Below, one piece after another: positions 49,569 through 57,361 of a DNA stretch of 64,000 bases. Source of the stretch: Mollicutes bacterium (GTDB lineage: Bacteria; Bacillota_I; Bacilli_A; RF39; UBA660). The notes beneath the pieces were generated by a model that was not told the DNA's origin, searched no databases, and saw only the letters and a list, made by a program, of their open reading frames with translations. The stretch covers positions 27,135-91,134 of the forward strand of contig JAAZKW010000023.1 of NCBI GenBank assembly GCA_012799635.1, in the 5' to 3' direction. A program made the position numbers and the translations under genes. Position 1 is the stretch's first letter; the number at the start of each line of letters is the position of its first letter.

Positions 49569-52500
49569 ATGAGAGATGATAGTTTATTAGATAAAATTAT
49601 TGTAGGAAGAGTTGATCCTTATATTTATGCTTTTACAACAAATACTGTTCCAAATTATCTAAAAGTAGGAGATACTTATAGACCTATTAGTGTTAGATTA
49701 AATGAATGGAAAAAGCATTATCCAGATTTAGAAAAGAAGTTTGAACATAAAGCACTGGTATCTGATAATGTATTTTATAGAGATTATTCAATTCATCAAT
49801 ATTTGGAAAATGATTTAGATAAAAAAAGACTAACAACTGAAGATATTGATTCTAATATTTATTATTCAAATGAATTTTTTAAAGAAACATCTGTATATGA
49901 TGTGGAAGAGGCAATAAATGATATTCAAAAAGATTTTGAAGAAAACTTAATGAAGTATCAATTCTATAATGCTGATGAAAATCTAAGATTAATAACTCAA
50001 TATGCTTCAACAGGACTATGGAAATTAAGACCTAATCAAAAACAAGTAGTTGAGAATTTTAAGAAGGCACTAGAAAAAGGAAGAAATAATCTTTTGTTAT
50101 ATGCTGTAATGAGATTTGGTAAAAGTTTTACATCAATGTGTTGTGCAGTTGAAATGGGGGCAAATATTGTTCTTATTGTTTCTGCAAAAGCAGATGTAAA
50201 AGAAGAATGGAAAAAAACAGTACAAAGTGCTGATAATTTCAATGAGTATGATTTTATTGAAAGTGAAGAACTATTGAGAGATTCAGAAATCATAAAACAT
50301 AAATTGGAACAAAATAAAAAAGTAGTTATATTTGCAACATTACAAGATTTACAAGGAAATGAAATAAAAGAAAAACATAAAGAATTATTTGAATCTAATA
50401 TTGATTTAATATTGGTTGATGAAACACATTTTGGAGCTAGAGCTGAAAAATATGGTGCTGTATTAAGAGATATAAAAGACAACAGAGATGATTCATATAT
50501 TGATTTTAAGACAGCAAATGAGCAAATAAAAACATTAAATTCAAAAGTTAAAATTCATTTATCAGGGACACCATATAGAATTTTAATGGGATCTGAATTT
50601 ACTAAAGATGATATCATTGGATTTTATCAATTTACTGATATAGTTAATGAACAAGAAAAATGGGATAATGAGCATATTTTAGATGACAATTATAAAGAGT
50701 GGGATAATCCCTATTATGGTTTTCCTCAAATGATTAGATTTGCTTTTAATCCAAGTAAATCAATAAGAGAAAAAATGGAAGAATTAAGGAATAATGGTGT
50801 ATCGTTTGCATTTTCAGAATTATTAAAACCATTATCTATAAAAAAAGATGAAAATAATAATCACAAAAAATTTAAGTATGAAAATGAAGTCTTTGAATTA
50901 TTAGAAGTTATAGATGGGAGTAAAACGGACTCAGAAGTATTAAGCTTTCTAGATTATGATAAAATTAAAGAAGGAAATATGTGTAGGCATATAGTCATAG
51001 TTTTACCATATTGTGCATCTTGTGATGCTATGGAGAACTTAATAAAAACAAACTCCACACATTTTAAGAATTTAAATGAATATGAAATAATTAATATATC
51101 TGGTGTTGACAAATTCAATTTATATAAAAAGGTTACAGATGTAAAAAACAAGATAAAAGAATGTGAAAAAAATAATAAAAAAACTATTACATTAACTGTT
51201 AATAGAATGCTTACAGGTTCAACTGTAGAAGAATGGGATACAATGATTTATTTAAAGGATACTTCTTCTCCTCAAGAATATGATCAAGCAATTTTTAGAT
51301 TACAAAATCAATATATTAAACAGTATATTTCAGAAGATGGAGATATTATAAAATATAATAAAAAACCACAAACATTGTTAGTAGATTTTGATCCAAATAG
51401 AATGTTTGTTATGCAAGAAGCTAAATCATTAATCTATAATGTTAATACAGAAAAGAATGGTAATCAAAAACTAAATGAAAGATTAGAAAGGGAGCTTCAA
51501 GTATCTCCTATAATTGTAATTAATAAGGACAAAATAAAAGAAATAACTGCTGTAGACATTTTACAATATATAAGCAATTATTCTAATGAAAGAAGTGTAC
51601 TTGAAGAAACTAATGACTTGCCTGTAGACTTCAAGTTATTAAATATTGATGAAATAAGAGAAGTAATTTTACGACAATCTCAATTAGGAACAAAAGGTGG
51701 CTTAAAAATTGCGAATACAGATGATGAACCTGATGATGATTTAAATATTGAAGTATTATCACTTGATTTAGGCGATACTCAATCTTCTTCTATTCAAGAA
51801 AATGATAATGAGAATAATCCAACTACAGAAGATGATAAAATTAAAAAATCTATAGTAAATAAATTTAGAACATATTATATAAGAATTTTATTCTATTCAT
51901 TTTTATCAAATTCAGTGTTAAATTCTTTGGAAACACTTATAGAATCACTTGAAAAAGAAAATAATGAAAGAATAGCTAAGAATTTAGGATTAGAAAAAAA
52001 TACATTGCAATTAATATATGAAAATATAGATCCATTTATACTAAGTCAATTGGATTATAAAATTCAAAACATTAATCATTTATCTAATGATGAAACCTTA
52101 AACGAAATTGATAGAGCTTTGGTTGCAATTAATAAGTTTTATAAATTGTCTGAATCAGAAATTGTTACACCACAAAATGTATGTAATGAAATGATATCAT
52201 TATTTTCTAAAGAAGAATTTAAAAATATTTTATGCAATGGGAAAATATTAGATATAGCAAGTAAAGAAGGAGAATTTGCATTAGCTTTATATACAAAAGC
52301 ATTACAACTTGGAATTGAAAAGGGAAAAATAGTTAATTCAATTTACTCTATTCCAACTTCTCCTGTTGCATATGAATTTACAAGAAAAATCTATGAAATA
52401 CTAGGTTTAAATATTAAAAATATATCAAGAAATGTCAATACATATAATATGCTGGATATTCATGACAATAACGATAATATTGATTTTGATACAGTAGCTA

Positions 52501-53627
52501 ATATAATTTGTAGTAGTATTAATAATTTTGATGAATTTGTTTTAGAGCAAAATTTATTTACGGAAACGGAGGGAAATAAGATGAAATTTAATGCTGTTGT
52601 TGGTAATCCACCATATCAAGAAGAAACTGTTGTTAATAGTAATTCAAATGGACAAAACCCAAGAAGAAATATATTTCACTATTTCCAACTTCAATCTATG
52701 AAACTAACCGACAATAAAACTGTATTAATTTATCCAGGTATAAGATGGATTCATCAATCTGGTAAAGGATTGAAACAGTTTGGTCATGATCTTATAAATG
52801 ATAATCGTTTAGAAACTCTTATTTTTTATCCAAACGGTAAACAAGTTTTCCCTAATACTGATTTACCAGATGGAATTTCAATTGTAGATATTAATCTTAA
52901 TAAAACAAAATCAGGATTTAATTATAAATTTGTTAATGATAGTATTAACTTAGAAATAGAACAATCAAATCCTGGAGATAGTCTATTAGTTGTAAATCCA
53001 TCTGATAATATCATAAGTAAAAAAATAGATTCGTTTGTAGAAAAAAATAATCTTAAATATTTACACGATAGTGTTTTATCTCGTTCATTATTTGGTATAG
53101 AAAGTGATTTTGTAGATAAGAATAAAACAAAAATTGAATTGTTTGATGATAATAAAAAATATGATTTTAATAAAAAAATAAAGTTATTAACAAATGACAA
53201 ATCTGGACCTGCAGGAAGAAGCAAGTGGTTTGTTGCAGATAGAAATGTTATAAGTCAAAATCAAGAACTTATTTCACAATATCAAGTAGTTGTATCAAGT
53301 GCACATCCAGGAGGACAAGATGGAAGAGATAATCAATTATCTATTATAGATAATAATAGTGTATTTGGTAGAGCTCGTGTTGCCTTAAAATCATTTAAAA
53401 CATTAAAAGAAGCTGAAAATTTTTATAAATATATAAATAGTAAAATAATAAAGTTTGCTTTCTTATTAACTGATGAAAATTTATCTTCTTTAGGTAAAGC
53501 AGTACCAGATGTATTGGATTATTCGTCAAACTCAATTATTGATTTTACTAAAGATATTGATAAACAATTGATTGAATTATTAAAAATCACTAAGGAAGAA
53601 TATGAATATATATTATCAAGATTATAG
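49569..53627 (+). CDS. Fusion protein: T5orf172/GIY-YIG-like domain + SF2 (ResIII-type) helicase + gamma-class N6-adenine DNA methyltransferase with a target-recognition tail
   Basis: 1352 aa. N-terminus PYIYAF...YLKVGDTYRPISVRLNEW...HQYL...SNEFF. Helicase motifs MRFGKSFT (GKS at 50118..50126), LILVDETHFG (DETH at 50418..50429), LSGTPYR, QAIFRLQN. MTase motifs VTPQNVCNEM, ILDIASKEGEF, VGNPPYQ (NPPY at 52605..52616, aa 1013-1016). Its start lies 10 nt after the upstream gene. Confidence 0.7.
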   Translation: MRDDSLLDKIIVGRVDPYIYAFTTNTVPNYLKVGDTYRPISVRLNEWKKHYPDLEKKFEHKALVSDNVFYRDYSIHQYLENDLDKKRLTTEDIDSNIYYSNEFFKETSVYDVEEAINDIQKDFEENLMKYQFYNADENLRLITQYASTGLWKLRPNQKQVVENFKKALEKGRNNLLLYAVMRFGKSFTSMCCAVEMGANIVLIVSAKADVKEEWKKTVQSADNFNEYDFIESEELLRDSEIIKHKLEQNKKVVIFATLQDLQGNEIKEKHKELFESNIDLILVDETHFGARAEKYGAVLRDIKDNRDDSYIDFKTANEQIKTLNSKVKIHLSGTPYRILMGSEFTKDDIIGFYQFTDIVNEQEKWDNEHILDDNYKEWDNPYYGFPQMIRFAFNPSKSIREKMEELRNNGVSFAFSELLKPLSIKKDENNNHKKFKYENEVFELLEVIDGSKTDSEVLSFLDYDKIKEGNMCRHIVIVLPYCASCDAMENLIKTNSTHFKNLNEYEIINISGVDKFNLYKKVTDVKNKIKECEKNNKKTITLTVNRMLTGSTVEEWDTMIYLKDTSSPQEYDQAIFRLQNQYIKQYISEDGDIIKYNKKPQTLLVDFDPNRMFVMQEAKSLIYNVNTEKNGNQKLNERLERELQVSPIIVINKDKIKEITAVDILQYISNYSNERSVLEETNDLPVDFKLLNIDEIREVILRQSQLGTKGGLKIANTDDEPDDDLNIEVLSLDLGDTQSSSIQENDNENNPTTEDDKIKKSIVNKFRTYYIRILFYSFLSNSVLNSLETLIESLEKENNERIAKNLGLEKNTLQLIYENIDPFILSQLDYKIQNINHLSNDETLNEIDRALVAINKFYKLSESEIVTPQNVCNEMISLFSKEEFKNILCNGKILDIASKEGEFALALYTKALQLGIEKGKIVNSIYSIPTSPVAYEFTRKIYEILGLNIKNISRNVNTYNMLDIHDNNDNIDFDTVANIICSSINNFDEFVLEQNLFTETEGNKMKFNAVVGNPPYQEETVVNSNSNGQNPRRNIFHYFQLQSMKLTDNKTVLIYPGIRWIHQSGKGLKQFGHDLINDNRLETLIFYPNGKQVFPNTDLPDGISIVDINLNKTKSGFNYKFVNDSINLEIEQSNPGDSLLVVNPSDNIISKKIDSFVEKNNLKYLHDSVLSRSLFGIESDFVDKNKTKIELFDDNKKYDFNKKIKLLTNDKSGPAGRSKWFVADRNVISQNQELISQYQVVVSSAHPGGQDGRDNQLSIIDNNSVFGRARVALKSFKTLKEAENFYKYINSKIIKFAFLLTDENLSSLGKAVPDVLDYSSNSIIDFTKDIDKQLIELLKITKEEYEYILSRL

Positions 53628-53630
53628 AAA

Positions 53631-53663
53631 AAGAACTTATACTTTATTTGGTATAAGTTTCTT
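53631..53663. terminator. Bidirectional terminator between convergent genes
   Basis: AAGAACTTATAC-tttatttg-GTATAAGTT(T)CTT with T/A runs on both sides. Confidence 0.6.
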
Positions 53664-54101
53664 TTATTTTAATAATTTATCAATAGATAACTTGTGATTA
53701 AAACATATTGTATATAATACAAGAGAAGTAACAAGTGTTTTACCATTTTCATACAAACTATATGATTGTTGAGTTATCATACATTCATCAGCAATTTGTT
53801 TTTGAGTTAAACCTAATTGCTTTCTAATAGATTTAAGTTTTGCTCCTACATCTTCTTTATTAAGTTTCTTTATTGTTGAATAGTCATTCTTTCTAGATAG
53901 TCCAGTAATATAATCTAAAGAGTAGTGATACATGTTTGCAAACTTAACCATTTTAGGAAGAGGCATAGTATCGTTATTATTTTCCCATCCAGATACAGTT
54001 GCTCCAGTAACTCCAAAAACATATCCAAGTTCCTCTTGTGTCATTTCAAGTTCTTCTCTACAATATTTGATATTATTATTTAACATCATATTATCACCCA
54101 T
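53664..54101 (-). CDS. XRE-family repressor with two HTH_3 domains
   Basis: Two Cro/CI-type HTH units: MTQEELGYVFGVTGATVSGWENN and LTQKQIADECMITQQSYSLYENG. Start moved to MGDNM (or the MM at 54089) because the track's extension covers the divergent promoter. Confidence 0.8.
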   Translation of the reverse strand: MGDNMMLNNNIKYCREELEMTQEELGYVFGVTGATVSGWENNNDTMPLPKMVKFANMYHYSLDYITGLSRKNDYSTIKKLNKEDVGAKLKSIRKQLGLTQKQIADECMITQQSYSLYENGKTLVTSLVLYTICFNHKLSIDKLLK

Positions 54102-54121
54102 ATTAATTTTCCCATTTTTTC

Positions 54122-54141
54122 TAGAAATACTACTATTTCTA
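54122..54141. promoter_or_regulatory. Palindromic candidate operator in the divergent promoter region
   Basis: TAGAAATA-ctac-TATTTCTA (8-bp perfect arms) between the XRE gene and the extended -10 TGCTATAAT (54162..54170) of the plus-strand operon. Confidence 0.5.
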
Positions 54142-54199
54142 TGGGTCATATTGTGAAAATATGCTATAATTAAAGTGCAGTACAAGAAAAGAGGTTATT

Positions 54200-54868
54200 A
54201 TGAACAAATACGAAGAATTAAGAAGTATGTGTAGTAGTAGTAAAATTTTGTGTGGTACAGATGTATATAATCTTTTAGAAGAAGATTATATGAAAGAGTT
54301 AGTTTCAAAGATCAAGGATGGTACAGTTACAGTAAAATCTAAAATGGCTCTTGGAACTAATAAGGTTCAAAGATATGAAATATTTCTCCATAACCTAGAT
54401 AGATTTGTCTATTATTTAAGAGATAGATTATTTATTAATCCTACTGAATTTAGAATTTATTTAGGATATTTAATTGAAAGTAATTACATAGATAAAATAT
54501 TATTTTCTAAAGAATTGTTTGAAGATGATTCATTCAAGTTTGAAGTATATTTTTGGCAAATAGCTAGTGAAAGATTGCTTGGAGTATTAGGAGTTATGTC
54601 TATGCTAGATCCAATTAGAGAAAGATTAGAAGAATTAAAGTTTAATCCAAAAGATTACAACCTTAAAAAGAAAGATGATGCTAGAGAAGTATTTAACTTC
54701 TTTAGTGGAATGATATGTTGCAGACATGATAATTTATTTAATCTTTTTATAGATAATAAAACTATAGAAACTGAAAGAATAGATTTTTATATGTGGGCTT
54801 GGTGTAGTGTTTTAGATGAATATATAAAAAAGAGAGAATACTACAAAAAGTTAATTGAAATTAATTAA
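54200..54868 (+). CDS. Hypothetical protein (ICE, divergent from the XRE repressor)
   Basis: 222-aa clean ORF with RBS AAGAGG. I recognise no motif. Confidence 0.5.
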   Translation: MNKYEELRSMCSSSKILCGTDVYNLLEEDYMKELVSKIKDGTVTVKSKMALGTNKVQRYEIFLHNLDRFVYYLRDRLFINPTEFRIYLGYLIESNYIDKILFSKELFEDDSFKFEVYFWQIASERLLGVLGVMSMLDPIRERLEELKFNPKDYNLKKKDDAREVFNFFSGMICCRHDNLFNLFIDNKTIETERIDFYMWAWCSVLDEYIKKREYYKKLIEIN

Positions 54869-54910
54869 TTGTTTTAAATAATATAATATTGTGTATAATA
54901 TGAATAAGAG

Positions 54911-55396
54911 GTGAATCTGATGGATAGTTATGAAGAACTAAAACAGATTATAAAAAGCCAACAAGACAAAAGAGAAAAAGAATTTTTAGATAAATTAAAT
55001 AGTCATGGTAAAAAACGATTTAATTCAAAAGATGATATTAATAATTTTGTTGATAATATAATAGATAACAAATCAAATAGTAATAAAGAAGATATAAAAA
55101 AGAATATAGTAAATCTAAATGAAATAGAAAAAGATGGTTTTATATTTGGTATTGTAACTACAAAAAGTAGATTTAAAGATTATAAGTCTTTAGAAGAACT
55201 AGGTAAAAAAGTTCCAACAATAACTATATATAGAACATATATGATTATTAATAAAGATGATGATATAATTGATAATTTGTTATATAAACAATTTAAAGAA
55301 AAAAATCTTGCTATTGAATATTATAATGAATTATTAGAATATGTCCAAAAAAGTGAAGTTTCAGAAATTTTTAAAAAAATTAAAGAAAGTTTATAA
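54911..55396 (+). CDS. Hypothetical protein
   Basis: 161-aa ORF with a GTG start (or ATG at 54920) behind AAGAGGTGA. Lys/Asp-rich N-terminal half. No recognised motif. Confidence 0.45.
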   Translation: MNLMDSYEELKQIIKSQQDKREKEFLDKLNSHGKKRFNSKDDINNFVDNIIDNKSNSNKEDIKKNIVNLNEIEKDGFIFGIVTTKSRFKDYKSLEELGKKVPTITIYRTYMIINKDDDIIDNLLYKQFKEKNLAIEYYNELLEYVQKSEVSEIFKKIKESL

Positions 55397-55502
55397 AATT
55401 TGTGGTATAATCAATATATAAGTTAAAAATATACAGAGGTAGTATTATTCTGTTTTTGAGTAGTACTACCTCTTTTTTTGATTTTAGAAAGAGGTTGACA
55501 TT

Positions 55503-55724
55503 ATGAATCAAGATGTAGAAATAGAATTATGTGTAAAAGAAGTAATGGATAATAAAGGAATAAGTATTAGTGAATTAAGTAGAAAAGCTAATATAAAATA
55601 TGATATTGTTAAAAGATATTACAATGGCGAAATGTTAAGATATGATAGTGAAGTTTTAAAAAAATTTTGTGTATATCTGGATTGTAAGATTGAAGATCTG
55701 ATAAAAATTAAAGAAAAAATTTAA
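55503..55724 (+). CDS. Small Cro/CI-type HTH protein
   Basis: 73 aa. ISISELSRKANIKYDIVKRYYNGE...LKKFCVYLDCKIEDLI. RBS AGAGG. Confidence 0.7.
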   Translation: MNQDVEIELCVKEVMDNKGISISELSRKANIKYDIVKRYYNGEMLRYDSEVLKKFCVYLDCKIEDLIKIKEKI

Positions 55725-55874
55725 TTTTTTTTTTGCGATTTTTTAAAAAATTGTAATTTTTTATTTTGCAGAAGCTCTTATTTTATAAGGCATTACAGAG
55801 TTTTAGTGAAGTATAAATGAAGTTTAAAATGTAGTTTAAAACGAATGGACAATCATAATTTTTTATGGTAAATT

Positions 55875-55883
55875 TGCTATAAT
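55875..55883 (+). promoter_or_regulatory. Extended -10 promoter element at the head of a long untranslated leader
   Basis: TGCTATAAT, with no ORF of 60 codons or more over the next 270 nt. Confidence 0.45.
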
Positions 55884-56026
55884 GAGTGAAAACTCTAGGA
55901 GATAGATGAACACATCCATCCTATAGATACAAAAGTTCATTCCCTAAATAAGGAATTGACTTTAAAAATATCGAGTGATAGTATAGAAATCAATTAATTA
56001 CATAGGTTCTACTATCAAAGGATGTG

Positions 56027-56143
56027 ATGAAAATGGTTATGACATCTAAGTTAAACTTAATTAATTTTAACAATTCAAATGTTGTTTATTTAGTATCCGT
56101 TTTTTTTGGAGTTGTTGACTATATAAGAGGGAAAAAGTCTTAG
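56027..56143 (+). CDS. 38-aa leader peptide or small hydrophobic peptide (not in the ORF track)
   Basis: MKMVMTSKLNLINFNNSNVVYLVSVFFGVVDYIRGKKS. RBS AAAGGA lies 4-5 nt upstream. The last five sense codons plus the stop lie inside the terminator 5' arm and loop. Confidence 0.4.
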   Translation: MKMVMTSKLNLINFNNSNVVYLVSVFFGVVDYIRGKKS

Positions 56144-56162
56144 TGGCTTTTGCCCTCTTTTT
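56126..56162 (+). terminator. Rho-independent terminator directly upstream of the sigma-like regulator
   Basis: AGAGGGAAAAAG (56126..56137) pairs with CTTTTGCCCTCT (56147..56158) in 11 of 12 positions around a 9-nt loop, then TTTTT. The RBS GGGGAGG of the next gene follows within 10 nt. Confidence 0.7.
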
Positions 56163-56179
56163 CGTTCGGGGAGGTTACT

Positions 56180-56632
56180 ATGAAAATTAAAAGAAGTCCA
56201 TATTTAAGTGAGGAAATTTCTAAACAATATCCGATTGAAAAGTTTAAGGGGTTAATAATTAATGTAATAGATATAGTAGAAAACTTTATTTTAGAATTAG
56301 GGGATGAAAATAAATACAATTCATCTTCAACAGCTAAATATGAAGAATGTATTGGCTCTCATCAATTTAGTACTACTTCTAAAATAGAAAGTATGCTGAT
56401 AAGAATGTATGATGAAGAAGAGAAAAAAAGACAATTTATTGATAAATACTTTAAAGCATTGGAATCTTTAGAAAAAACAGAAAGAAAAGTAATAATATAT
56501 ACTTTTATTAATTGTATAGAATTTGAGGTAATATGTGAGAAGATAGAATGTTCTCCTCAAACATTAAGTAAAATTAAAAAAAGTGCAATAGTGAGATTTG
56601 CATTAAAACTAGGATTAGATAAATTTGTTTAG
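56180..56632 (+). CDS. Sigma-70 region-4-like / ArpU-type transcriptional regulator (Tn916 Orf7-like)
   Basis: C-terminus LEKTERKVIIYTFINCIEFEVICEKIECSPQTLSKIKKSAIVRFA resembles a sigma region 4 HTH. Start set at MKIKRSP (ATG 56180) behind GGGGAGG. Confidence 0.5.
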   Translation: MKIKRSPYLSEEISKQYPIEKFKGLIINVIDIVENFILELGDENKYNSSSTAKYEECIGSHQFSTTSKIESMLIRMYDEEEKKRQFIDKYFKALESLEKTERKVIIYTFINCIEFEVICEKIECSPQTLSKIKKSAIVRFALKLGLDKFV

Positions 56633-56754
56633 GAAGTCTTGGACTTCTTTTTATTTGCATTAAAGGAGGTGGTTTTATGATTGTAAACAAGGATTGTTAG
56701 TAATTTGACTTTTTTAACAAGTGATGGTAACATGCCATCAAGGAGAAGAAGGTT

Positions 56755-57348
56755 ATGAAGAAAAAATTATTATTAATAATACCAGCCGTTATTATTTTAA
56801 TTGTTTCTATAACTGTGGTATTAACTAAAAAATCTGACAATCCAAAACAAGTATTTCAAAATAATAAGATAGAAGAAACTTCTAAAAAGAAAGAAACTCA
56901 AATTATAGAAGAATCAAAACAAGAAACAGTTGAAGAGAAGAAAGAAGAGGTACAACCAGTAGTTGAACCTAAAAAAGAAGAAGTAAAGACAGAACAAAAG
57001 CAATCAACTAATAATGAAACTAAGAATACTACACCTACTCAACCTAAAGAACAACCTAAACAGGAAAGTGTTCCAGTTGCTCCAGTACAACAACCAGTAC
57101 AAGAACAACCTAAACAACAAACTGAATGGGAGAAATTAGGTATTAGTGAATATGATTATTACCATAAACCAATGTGGAGTTGGGCTAGAGTTGATTATAA
57201 GATTGAAGATTATGGTTCTTTTGATGCAACACATAATGCTTGTATAACAGCTGGAGATCAAATGGAAGATATAATTAGTTATTCTTGTACTAATATAAAT
57301 AGTTATTCTGGAGATTATTTAGGAGATATGCTTAGAGTTAAATACTAG
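56755..57348 (+). CDS. Membrane-anchored secreted protein with an E/K/P/Q-rich linker and a Cys-containing C-terminal domain
   Basis: N-terminal TM or signal segment (LLLIIPAVIILIVSITVVL), a low-complexity KEE/PKQ linker, and an 80-aa globular tail with 3 Cys. Confidence 0.55.
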   Translation: MKKKLLLIIPAVIILIVSITVVLTKKSDNPKQVFQNNKIEETSKKKETQIIEESKQETVEEKKEEVQPVVEPKKEEVKTEQKQSTNNETKNTTPTQPKEQPKQESVPVAPVQQPVQEQPKQQTEWEKLGISEYDYYHKPMWSWARVDYKIEDYGSFDATHNACITAGDQMEDIISYSCTNINSYSGDYLGDMLRVKY

Positions 57349-57361
57349 AAAGGATAATTAT

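Noticed and set aside
48566-53627. Classifying the helicase/MTase operon as BREX, DISARM or a classical Type I/III R-M system
   Set aside because: No PglZ, BrxC, BrxL, DrmA, DrmB (DUF1998), PLD, HsdS or separate Mod/Res partners are present within the terminator-bounded operon or its neighbours. Only the two genes are present.
56027-56143. Calling the 38-aa peptide a type I toxin of a par/Fst-like toxin-antitoxin locus
   Set aside because: The hydrophobic stretch is short (about 12-16 residues). The terminator is not bidirectional, and I see no convergent antisense promoter or direct-repeat interaction sites. The idea is kept only as an alternative in the attenuator finding.
56150-56179. The upstream extension of the sigma-like ORF (MPSFSFGEVT)
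   Set aside because: These codons cover the terminator 3' arm, the T-run and the RBS GGGGAGG. The ATG at 56180 is the credible start.
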